25,929 bases of DNA from Clostridia bacterium. Its GTDB lineage: Bacteria; Bacillota; Clostridia; Oscillospirales; QAKW01. Below, in pieces: positions 1 through 6,488 of this stretch. A program made the position numbers and the translations under genes. The stretch's first letter is position 1. The number at the start of each line of letters is the position of its first letter. The notes under the pieces are model-generated. The model was not told the origin of the DNA and searched no databases. It worked only from the letters and a program-made list of their open reading frames with translations. The stretch lies in assembly GCA_017442025.1 (NCBI GenBank), contig JAFSBD010000042.1, positions 1-25,929 on the forward strand, in the 5' to 3' direction.

Positions 1-1
1 A

Positions 2-86
2 GCCCGCCTGCAGGCGGGCGGAAGGGCGGAGAAAGGGGGACGGGATGCCCTGCGCTCAGCATTTTTTCGGCTGCTGCGGGCAAAAG
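2..86. repeat. Partial GC-rich palindromic (REP-like) element at window edge
   Basis: Perfect 18-bp palindrome gcccgcctgcaggcgggc (2-19). The segment ggctgctgcgggcaaaa (69-85) resembles the reverse complement of the hairpin repeat end at ~24277-24295. Confidence 0.4.
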
Positions 87-94
87 TAAGCTGA

Positions 95-267
95 ATGAAA
101 TATTGCTACGCAATATGAAATAATCCGAACGGATTATGAAATTTTCTGCTACCGCAGAAAGTGAAATAAAATTCGTTCCTTCATATGCCTCGGGCATATT
201 TCACATTTGCGAAGCAAATATTTCATAGCGAAGCTATTTCACTCGTTCCGCAAGGAACGAATTTCAT
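95..267. repeat. Hairpin-ladder repeat 1 (4x RTGAAAT then 4x ATTTCAY, hairpins between units)
   Basis: RTGAAAT at 95, 115, 136, 161; ATTTCAY at 198, 220, 236, 261. Intervening hairpins: attgc-tac-gcaat, aatcc-gaac-ggatt, tttctgc-tacc-gcagaaa, atatgcc-tcg-ggcatat, atttgc-gaa-gcaaat, agc-gaa-gct, tcgttcc-gcaa-ggaacga. Confidence 0.9.
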
Positions 268-302
268 TGAAAAAAGCACTTGCCTTAGCAAGTGCTTTTT
301 TC
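268..302 (-). terminator. Intrinsic terminator downstream of tRNA-Ser
   Basis: gaaaaaagcacttgc-ctta-gcaagtgcttttttc, a perfect stem with T-tracts on both strands, directly after the tRNA CCA end. Confidence 0.85.
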
Positions 303-390
303 TGGCGGAGGAGAAGGGATTCGAACCCTTGTGCCTTTTGGGCAAACGGTTTTCAAGACCGCCTCGTTATGACCACTTCGATACTCCTCC
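303..390 (-). tRNA. tRNA-Ser (anticodon TGA)
   Basis: The reverse complement reads GGAGGAG...GCGGT-CTTGAAA-ACCG...long variable arm...GGGTTCGAATCCC-TTCTCCTCC-G-CCA. Acceptor stem GGAGGAG/CTCCTCC, G73 discriminator, encoded CCA, 88 nt. Confidence 0.97.
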
Positions 391-404
391 GTGTTTCTTT
401 CCAT

Positions 405-433
405 ATTATACTGATTTCCTTCGGCAGTGTCAA
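405..433 (-). promoter_or_regulatory. Consensus SigA promoter of tRNA-Ser
   Basis: Minus strand TTGACA (433-428), 17 bp, TATAAT (410-405). Confidence 0.85.
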
Positions 434-435
434 GA

Positions 436-466
436 TAAAAAAGCGGCGATTTTAAGAATCGCCGCT
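436..466 (-). terminator. Intrinsic terminator of the zinc-ribbon gene
   Basis: agcggcgatt/aatcgccgct stem (442-466) followed on the minus strand by a T-run, just after the stop at 473-475. Confidence 0.75.
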
Positions 467-472
467 CAGATA

Positions 473-1042
473 TTATTCTACAGTAGTTTGGTTTTGAATA
501 ATGCGTTTGACGGTTGCTTTTTCCGATTTGAAGCGGAGGAGGTTGATGACCCAAAGGACGAGGGCAAAGGGGTTGAAGAAGAGCTCCAGCACCACCCAGC
601 CCACCGATTGATTTCTTTCGGCGGCGGGGCGAAGATCGGAATAAATCCCGTTCAGATAAGGGGTGAGCTTTGCGGCGGCCACCAGGTTGACGATCCCCCA
701 AGGGATCATCGCCATGGCGCAAAGGGCCAGCAGAAGGGCGGCAAGGCCGGTGCCGAAGGCGGCGACTTTGGAGAGGGTATCGGAATCGAAGACCAGGGCG
801 CCGAGCCCTGCGATCGTCAGCCCGCAAAAGAGCAGGAAGATCCCGCCAAACACCAGGAAAAGAATGCCGACGGTGCGCAGGGCGGTGCGTTCATATTTTA
901 AAAGGCGGTGGGTCTGATCCAAAAAGGATTGCTCCTCGGCGGCGCGGGCGTGGATGGCCTCGGCCTCCACCGATTTTCCGCAACGGTCGCAAAAGCGATC
1001 CTCGGTTTTGAGGGATTTTCCGCAGAAAGGACAATAAAACAT
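473..1042 (-). CDS. Zinc-ribbon domain membrane protein (hypothetical)
   Basis: N-terminal CPFCG-x9-CDRCG double CxxC, followed by about three hydrophobic TM segments; AGGAGG RBS upstream. Confidence 0.8.
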   Translation of the reverse strand: MFYCPFCGKSLKTEDRFCDRCGKSVEAEAIHARAAEEQSFLDQTHRLLKYERTALRTVGILFLVFGGIFLLFCGLTIAGLGALVFDSDTLSKVAAFGTGLAALLLALCAMAMIPWGIVNLVAAAKLTPYLNGIYSDLRPAAERNQSVGWVVLELFFNPFALVLWVINLLRFKSEKATVKRIIQNQTTVE

Positions 1043-1145
1043 TTTTTCTACCTCCTGATTATTTTTATCTTACCATAGGCGGGGGGATTTTTCAACCGTT
1101 TGAGGGGAATGTTAAAGAATAGGAAACAAAAAAGGAGCCATTAAA

Positions 1146-2075
1146 ATGTGTACAGCCATATCCTATCTTTGCTCTGATCATTATTTCGGGCGCACTTTAG
1201 ACTATGAGCAGTCCTATGGGGAAGAGGTGGTGGTTACCCCGCGGGGCTTTTTGCAGGGACAGTATGCCCTGCTCGGCATCGCAACGGTGCGGGAGGGGAT
1301 GCCCCTTTATTACGATGCGATCAATGAAAAAGGCCTTTCGATGGCGGGCCTGCTCTTCGCGGGCAACGCCTGCTATTTCCCGCCCCGCGCAGGCGCAAAA
1401 AATATTCCCTCATTTGCGCTGATCGCATCGCTTTTGGGGGAGTGCGCCAACCTTTCGGAGGCGCGCCGATGGCTGGAGGACTGCGTTATCACCGACCAAC
1501 CCTTCTCCGCCGACCTGCCGCCCTCGCCCCTTCATTGGATGGTGGCCGATCGGAGCGGGGCGTTGGTGGTGGAATCCACCGCCGCAGGGCTGAAGGTTTA
1601 TGAAAATCCCATCGGGGTGCTGGCCAATAACCCGCCCTTCGATCAACAGCTTACCCGCCTGGCCGATTATCAGCATCTCTCTCCCGAAAATCCCGCGCCT
1701 TCCATGGGCTTGCCCCTCTATAGCCGCGGGCTGGGGGCGGTGGGTCTGCCGGGGGATTATTCTTCCCCTTCCCGTTTTGCTCGCGCCGCCTTTGCAAAGC
1801 AAAACCTGCGCCCCGCCCAAAAGGAGACCGAGCGGGTGGGGCAGTTTTTTCACCTGATGGGGGCGGTGGAGGTGCCGAAAGGGTGCCTGCGGGTGGAGGG
1901 GGCGGATGCCTATACCCTCTATACCTCCTGCGCCAATACCGATCGGGGGATCTACTATTATACCACCTATGAAAACCGCCGTATCTCTGCGGTGATGCTG
2001 ATGGGCAAGGAGAGCGGAAATACCCTGCGGCGGTATTCTTTGGGACGTAAGCAGGATATGGGTTGCATTTTATAG
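1146..2075 (+). CDS. Choloylglycine hydrolase family Ntn-hydrolase (bile salt hydrolase / penicillin V acylase-like)
   Basis: N-terminal MCT nucleophile (Cys2), GRTLD (Arg16/Asp19), INEKGL, VLANNP, GLPGDYSSPSRF and YYYTTYEN motifs; AAGGAG RBS. Confidence 0.9.
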   Translation: MCTAISYLCSDHYFGRTLDYEQSYGEEVVVTPRGFLQGQYALLGIATVREGMPLYYDAINEKGLSMAGLLFAGNACYFPPRAGAKNIPSFALIASLLGECANLSEARRWLEDCVITDQPFSADLPPSPLHWMVADRSGALVVESTAAGLKVYENPIGVLANNPPFDQQLTRLADYQHLSPENPAPSMGLPLYSRGLGAVGLPGDYSSPSRFARAAFAKQNLRPAQKETERVGQFFHLMGAVEVPKGCLRVEGADAYTLYTSCANTDRGIYYYTTYENRRISAVMLMGKESGNTLRRYSLGRKQDMGCIL

Positions 2076-2091
2076 CAGGCTATGGTAAAAT
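2063..2091 (+). promoter_or_regulatory. SigA promoter of the THF riboswitch/folT transcript
   Basis: TTGCAT (2063-2068), 17 bp, TAAAAT (2086-2091) with an extended -10 TG; overlaps the hydrolase stop codon. Confidence 0.65.
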
Positions 2092-2102
2092 AAAGAAAAT
2101 AT

Positions 2103-2238
2103 TAGCAGAGTAGATCGTTGCGGGTTAGGTGCAAGACTCGGTGTTATCTTGCCACCTTGAGTGCCCAAGGGACGGGGAGTTGTCCTTGGGACGAAAAAGG
2201 CCATGCCTTTGCCGTGCGGCGTTCGCATCCCGTTGCTG
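2103..2238 (+). ncRNA. THF (tetrahydrofolate) riboswitch aptamer, atypical
   Basis: GCAGAGTAG...GCG, TTGAGTG, P3 CCCAAGGGAC-GGGGAGTT-GTCCTTGGG, ACGAA, P4 AAAGGC-CAT-GCCTTT and GCATCCCG-TTGC match the THF family layout. It lies upstream of a folate ECF S-component. Confidence 0.85.
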
Positions 2239-2242
2239 TAAA

Positions 2243-2513
2243 GGTAACAAGATATATCCAAACCTGCCTCAATGCGGGATATTTTGGATATTTTCGCCCA
2301 TTTTTTCTTGATAGGCGCTGGCCTATCTGCGAAAAAGATGAACAAAAATCTCTCAAAATCTCCGCGCGTTGAGGTCGAAGATTTTAAAAAGAGCGGATTT
2401 TTGTTTCATCAAGGCACAAAACGCAGCCAATGCCGGCGCATTGGCGAGTATTTTAACAAAGATGGAGCGAAAATCCGCCTTTTTAAAACAAGGTCTGGAT
2501 ATATCTTGTTACC
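2243..2513. mobile_element. Putative MITE / self-pairing insert (271 bp, 23-bp terminal inverted repeats)
   Basis: GGTAACAAGATATATCCAAACCT (2243-2265) versus AGGTCTGGATATATCTTGTTACC (2491-2513), 22/23 complementary. No plausible coding gene inside, several internal hairpins, no clean target-site duplication. Confidence 0.55.
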
Positions 2514-2525
2514 ATAAAGAGAACC

Positions 2526-2555
2526 CTCTTCTATGCAGTAACGCGATAGGGGAGG
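2526..2555 (+). promoter_or_regulatory. RBS-sequestering hairpin (riboswitch expression platform) of folT
   Basis: ctcttctat (2526-2534) pairs with ataggggag (2546-2554), covering the GGAGG RBS. The segment 2534-2543 is complementary to the aptamer 3' strand 2231-2240. Confidence 0.6.
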
Positions 2556-2564
2556 TATTTTTTT

Positions 2565-3344
2565 ATGACCGAATGCAGTAATTTTCTCACATCCGCCTAT
2601 TGGAAGGCGGCCTGCGCCGAGCTGAAAAAGCCCAGCCGCCTGGCCTTGGCCGCGCTGTTTTGCGCGCTGAGCGTGGTGGTGGGCGGAATCACCATCAACA
2701 TCACCGTTTCGGTGCAGATCCATTTCACCTTTTTCATCGTTGCCCTGGGGGCGGCGATCTATGGGCCGGTCTGCGGAATGGTGGTGGCGGCGGTGGCCGA
2801 TCTGCTCAATTATATCTTGTTTTTGAGTGCCTACCCCTATTTCCCCGGCTATATGATCAGCGAAATGCTGGTGGCGTTGCTCTTCGGTCTGCTGTTATAT
2901 CGGCAGAAGATCACCCTTTCCCGTCTTTTTATCGGCAAGGCATTGATGAACTTTCCTATCAATGTGGGGCTGGGGTCCTTATGGAGCTGGATGCTTTATG
3001 ATAAAGCCTACCTTTATTATTTTTGGGAAAAGATGATCAAAAATACCCTTTTACTTCCCTTGGAGGTGATGGCGTTGGCGGCCTTCTTTGGGCTGATGAT
3101 CCCCATTCTGGCGCGTATGCGGCTTTTGCCCGCCCAGGAGGAGCGGGAGCTAAGGCGCCTGCGGTTCGGGTCCAGCGCCCTGCCCACTCTGGGAATGACC
3201 TCGCTGGTGGTGGCTTTGATCGGTTGCTATTACGCCTGGGTGATGGCCACCCTGGCCCTTTGGATTTTGGCAGGCTTTCTGCTGGCGGCAGGGATCGCCC
3301 TGCTGATCGCGGCGGCGATCATCAATAAAAAAAGAACAGAATAA
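2565..3344 (+). CDS. folT: Folate ECF transporter S-component with C-terminal two-TM extension
   Basis: ELKK..LALAALFCAL, GPVCGMVVAAVADLL and YPYFPGY S-component motifs, polytopic membrane protein, THF riboswitch upstream. Confidence 0.85.
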   Translation: MTECSNFLTSAYWKAACAELKKPSRLALAALFCALSVVVGGITINITVSVQIHFTFFIVALGAAIYGPVCGMVVAAVADLLNYILFLSAYPYFPGYMISEMLVALLFGLLLYRQKITLSRLFIGKALMNFPINVGLGSLWSWMLYDKAYLYYFWEKMIKNTLLLPLEVMALAAFFGLMIPILARMRLLPAQEERELRRLRFGSSALPTLGMTSLVVALIGCYYAWVMATLALWILAGFLLAAGIALLIAAAIINKKRTE

Positions 3345-3434
3345 AGAAATCTCTCGATCCATAGCGGATCGAGAGATTTTTATGTTCTACAGAGTACAAA
3401 TGAATTGTACTGCTCTTGCCGACACAATTCATTT
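3343..3434. repeat. Direct repeat copy 1 (terminator hairpin + AAATGAATTGT inverted repeat)
   Basis: 3343-3417 matches 4098-4172 except for the 5-nt hairpin loop; the match resumes at CACAATTCATTT. Confidence 0.92.
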
Positions 3435-3465
3435 GCGTAGGTATAAGCTGATGCAGGCTATATCA

Positions 3466-3735
3466 TTAGATTAAACCTAAAATTTTAAGTAATATACCGG
3501 CATCTTTTAAGCCTTGCAAATATAAACGATCCGCTTCCTCCATGTTGAGGTTGTTTTCTGCTTCCTCTAATCGAAGAATCAATTTCTTTTCTTTTTTCGG
3601 CAAATAATTTTTGATCCGTTCCATATAGAACAATTTTTTCTCACACTTTTCTCGATATGCCTCGTTGCTGACCAGATCCTTATCTACTTTATCTAAAGCG
3701 AGTTCGATTAAAGCCATTTCATAATTTTTATACAT
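3466..3735 (-). CDS. Small helical hypothetical protein (resembles DUF6809-type proteins)
   Basis: 89 aa from ATG 3735 with a GGAGG RBS; C-terminal YLQGLKDAGILLKILGLI; own TTGACA-17-TATATT promoter (3800-3772); AT-rich. Confidence 0.7.
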   Translation of the reverse strand: MYKNYEMALIELALDKVDKDLVSNEAYREKCEKKLFYMERIKNYLPKKEKKLILRLEEAENNLNMEEADRLYLQGLKDAGILLKILGLI

Positions 3736-3877
3736 ACTACCTCCAAAGTCATTTAAATGGATGATAAATGTAATATAACACATCGCATTTCACTTGTCAA
3801 GTCATTTGTTTGGATGATTTTTAATTCGTTTGAATTATTTGTGTTACAATAAAAGCACAACCTTTGGAGGTGTGCAG

Positions 3878-4096
3878 ATGAAATATGTAAAACGAATTAA
3901 GGATACCCGCATCGATAACGATAAGGTGCAGGAAGATCTTGCTAAAGTTTTAGAGATCACAAAGCAGCAATACAGTCTTTACGAAACAGGTAAACGCAAG
4001 ATCCCTATTGATAAATTTATCAAGCTCTGCGAGTATTATAATCTTTCGTCCGATTACCTTTTAGGGTTAAGTGATGAACCTAAAGCGTTAAAATAA
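3878..4096 (+). CDS. XRE-family helix-turn-helix regulator
   Basis: 72 aa, RIKDTRIDNDKVQEDLAKVLEITKQQYSLYETGKRKIP...DYLLGL is a typical HTH_3 pattern; GGAGGTG RBS. Confidence 0.9.
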   Translation: MKYVKRIKDTRIDNDKVQEDLAKVLEITKQQYSLYETGKRKIPIDKFIKLCEYYNLSSDYLLGLSDEPKALK

Positions 4097-4097
4097 A

Positions 4098-4186
4098 AAA
4101 GAAATCTCTCGATCCGCTATGGATCGAGAGATTTTTATGTTCTACAGAGTACAAATGAATTGTACTGCTCTTATCACAATTCATTT
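4098..4186. repeat. Direct repeat copy 2
   Basis: Offset 755 bp from copy 1; loop GCTAT instead of ATAGC. Confidence 0.92.
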
Positions 4187-4194
4187 ATGTTAGG

Positions 4195-4348
4195 GCGATA
4201 TGCTTTTTTACATACCTCGCCTTGGCGAGATATGTAAAAAGCGCGATATATTTGCCATGGGCAAATGCGATATCATTTTGCAAGCAAAATGGCGATATGA
4301 TATAAACCCCGCAAGGGGTTTATATCGCTGCCCAAGCGTTGCTTGGGC
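4195..4348. repeat. Hairpin-ladder repeat 2 (4x GCGATAT, 1x ATATCGC; collapsed form)
   Basis: GCGATAT at 4195, 4243, 4267, 4292 with hairpins between; gatataaacccc-gcaa-ggggtttatatc; ATATCGC at 4322; gcccaagc-gtt-gcttgggc abutting the radC stop. Confidence 0.88.
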
Positions 4349-5040
4349 TACAACCCACGATTGAGATAACCGCTATCCTGCATAGAGAGGGCCTCGGATC
4401 CGCAGACGATGATATGGTCCAAAAGGCCGATATCCTTTTCCAGCAGCTTTTTGCGCAGCAGGCGGGTGATGTTGACATCCTGATTGGAGGGCGCAACGCC
4501 GGTGAAATGATTATGGGCCAGCACCACATAGCGGCAATCCTGCCGCACTGCCTCCTTCATCAGTAGTTCGGAATGGACCTCCACCGCATCAAGAGAGCCT
4601 TGATAGAGCAAGGTGCAATCCAGCAGGAGCTTAGTTTGATCCAAAAAGGCAGCGAAAATGCATTCATCGTTCCGCCCTAAAAAGCGGGGGATGAAATAAT
4701 CCATCATCTGGCGGCTGTCCAAAAACCGCGGGCGGTGCTCCGCGCTTTGCTCATAATAGCGGCGGCTGATATCGGGCAGCATCCGCAAAAAGAAGGCGGT
4801 ATGGGGGCCAACACCCTCTACCCGGGTCAGCTCTTCTTCCTCGGCCTCCAAGACCTCCCTCAGAGTGCCGAACTTCTCCAGCAGAGCGTGGGCGATGGGG
4901 TTGGTATCCTTTTGCAAAATGGTATAGCCCAGCAAGAGCTCCAGCACCTCATGGTCGGCAAAGCCTTCCAATCCTGCGGCGCGGTAGCGTTCCCGCAGGC
5001 GGTGGCGGTGTTTTTCGTGAATGGAACGTTCCTTAGGCAA
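4348..5040 (-). CDS. radC: RadC family (JAB/MPN domain) protein
   Basis: HRHRLRERY, DHEVLELLL, HhH region VEGVGPHTA, JAB motif AHNH..G..PS..D and LLDHII; TTG start with GAGGTG RBS. Confidence 0.9.
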   Translation of the reverse strand: MPKERSIHEKHRHRLRERYRAAGLEGFADHEVLELLLGYTILQKDTNPIAHALLEKFGTLREVLEAEEEELTRVEGVGPHTAFFLRMLPDISRRYYEQSAEHRPRFLDSRQMMDYFIPRFLGRNDECIFAAFLDQTKLLLDCTLLYQGSLDAVEVHSELLMKEAVRQDCRYVVLAHNHFTGVAPSNQDVNITRLLRKKLLEKDIGLLDHIIVCGSEALSMQDSGYLNRGL

Positions 5041-5055
5041 GATGGTTCACCTCGC

Positions 5056-5895
5056 TTAAACAAATCGAATGGTGCGGCGGATATAATAGGTGCGCCGTTG
5101 GCTTTGCATCACCCTGAGCTTGACCGAAAGGCGGCCATGGGGGGTCTGCACCTCCGCTTCGGCGTTCTTTTCGTCCAGGTTGGAAAAATCCGCCACCTTG
5201 AGTTTTTTGCCGCAGATGGGGCAGGTGATCTTTTTCAGCCGTTTATCCGCCAACGCCTTTTCGGCGGAGCGGAAAGGGGGGAAATAATCCTTGGTACTAT
5301 GCATGCTATGCCAGAGCACGCCGTTGAGCTCGGTATAGTTGCGCACACCCTCTCTGAGGTTGAGTGCGCGGGCGACCCGCGCAGTATAGATGGCATCGTT
5401 GAAGGCGTTATGGATCTGCAGGGTCGGAACAATATTTAACTGCTCCATGGCATATTCCAAAGAAAACTGACGGTTTTCATGGGCGATCTGCCCATTGAAG
5501 ATGCCCTGCAGATTGAGGCAGGGGGGAAGCCAATCTTCCTCCAGATCGTGCATCAGCAGGTTGTCCTTGAGCATCTGAATGTCATCATAGCCCCAGGAGA
5601 GCAGCAGGCAATCCTTGCCGCACCAGGCGCGAAACTCCTCGATCGCCTCTTTGAATTTCTTCTGCCCCTTGAGCATCTGCTGATCGATGCCGGTCATCTT
5701 TTTGATGCGGTGATGCAGCTTGCGGTAGAAGGTGGGGGCGATCAGCAGGTCGATGCAGTCGATGGCTTCGGCGCGCTCGTTTAATTTAACGGCACCGATC
5801 TGGATGATCTCGCCCGAAAGATATATAGGGGAAAGGACCGCCGTTTCCTTGGAGAAGGGCTGGTTCCATTCCATGTCGAAAACAATATAGTTCAT
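5056..5895 (-). CDS. DEDDh 3'-5' exonuclease (KapD/Eri1-like) with C-terminal extension
   Basis: IVFDMEWNQ (ExoI), EIIQIGAVKL, WGYDD (ExoII), HNAFNDA (ExoIII), C-terminal CPIC; AGGAG RBS before ATG 5895. Confidence 0.85.
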   Translation of the reverse strand: MNYIVFDMEWNQPFSKETAVLSPIYLSGEIIQIGAVKLNERAEAIDCIDLLIAPTFYRKLHHRIKKMTGIDQQMLKGQKKFKEAIEEFRAWCGKDCLLLSWGYDDIQMLKDNLLMHDLEEDWLPPCLNLQGIFNGQIAHENRQFSLEYAMEQLNIVPTLQIHNAFNDAIYTARVARALNLREGVRNYTELNGVLWHSMHSTKDYFPPFRSAEKALADKRLKKITCPICGKKLKVADFSNLDEKNAEAEVQTPHGRLSVKLRVMQSQRRTYYIRRTIRFV

Positions 5896-5919
5896 GAACA
5901 CTCCTGAGGTAAATATTTC

Positions 5920-6273
5920 TCATTTTGAGGTTGCTTTTTCTTTTGCAGTAGTTATGGATGCAATCAGTTTGCGTCGAATGGTTCCGCATTGCCGGGATAA
6001 TTGTTGATATTGCGTTTCCGTCAATGAGGATGTTTTGAATAATACTTCCAACCAATAATCCGTTTCGTAGCATTCTTTCAGCGCAATTTCAAGCTTATGG
6101 ATAAAATCGGCTCGGCTTTGCGCGTATTTTGCTTCATAAGCATTTGCTCCGATGGAAGAGCAGGAACGAATTACTTGGTTAATGAAAACGGAACGATTTT
6201 TAATATGATCGCATATAGCAGTCAGCTCAACGGTCAGATCTACTGCTAATTCCTTTATGGTAGGCTGGTTCAT
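5920..6273 (-). CDS. Four-helix-bundle protein (23S rRNA IVP / Avd-like family)
   Basis: QVIRSCSSIGANAYEA..AQSRADFIHKLEIALKECYETDYWL is the family signature; AAAGGA RBS. Confidence 0.92.
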   Translation of the reverse strand: MNQPTIKELAVDLTVELTAICDHIKNRSVFINQVIRSCSSIGANAYEAKYAQSRADFIHKLEIALKECYETDYWLEVLFKTSSLTETQYQQLSRQCGTIRRKLIASITTAKEKATSK

Positions 6274-6289
6274 GGGGGATGTCCTTTCG

Positions 6290-6488
6290 GCGATATATTT
6301 GCCCGAGCGGGCAAATGCGATATAAGCTTTGCTTGCGATATATACACGGTGTGTATGCGATATGATATAAATCTGCCTATTCCTCGTTTTTGAGGCAACG
6401 CCTCAAAAACATATCGCGTGTGAAGCACATATCGCGCGAAAGCTTTTTCTTTTGCATATCGCAAATCTGCAGAGCAGATTTATATCGC
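6290..6488. repeat. Hairpin-ladder repeat 3 (4x GCGATAT then 4x ATATCGC)
   Basis: GCGATAT at 6290, 6317, 6335, 6357; ATATCGC at 6411, 6429, 6456, 6482; a hairpin between each pair of neighbouring units. Confidence 0.92.

Noticed and set aside
95-267. Ladder repeats as CRISPR arrays (also 4195-4328 and 6290-6488)
   Set aside because: Repeats are only 7 nt, switch orientation midway, and the 9-41 nt 'spacers' are self-complementary; there are no cas genes or leader.
185-901. 238-aa plus-strand ORF and 285-827 minus-strand ORF
   Set aside because: They run through the ladder, the tRNA and the zinc-ribbon gene; no RBS or motifs.
2070-2723. Short ORFs across the riboswitch and TIR insert
   Set aside because: No transposase or other motifs; the region is explained by RNA structure.
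3466-4096. Type II toxin-antitoxin pair or IS element
   Set aside because: The genes are divergent rather than operonic, there is no recognisable toxin fold, and no transposase or terminal inverted repeats.
4348-5040. radC as marker of a mobile or anti-restriction island
   Set aside because: It is the full-length HhH+JAB chromosomal type, with host-like composition and no integrase or conjugation genes nearby.
5920-6273. Four-helix-bundle gene as Avd of a diversity-generating retroelement or as a 23S rRNA IVS ORF
   Set aside because: There is no reverse transcriptase, no adenine-biased TR/VR pair and no rRNA sequence in the window.
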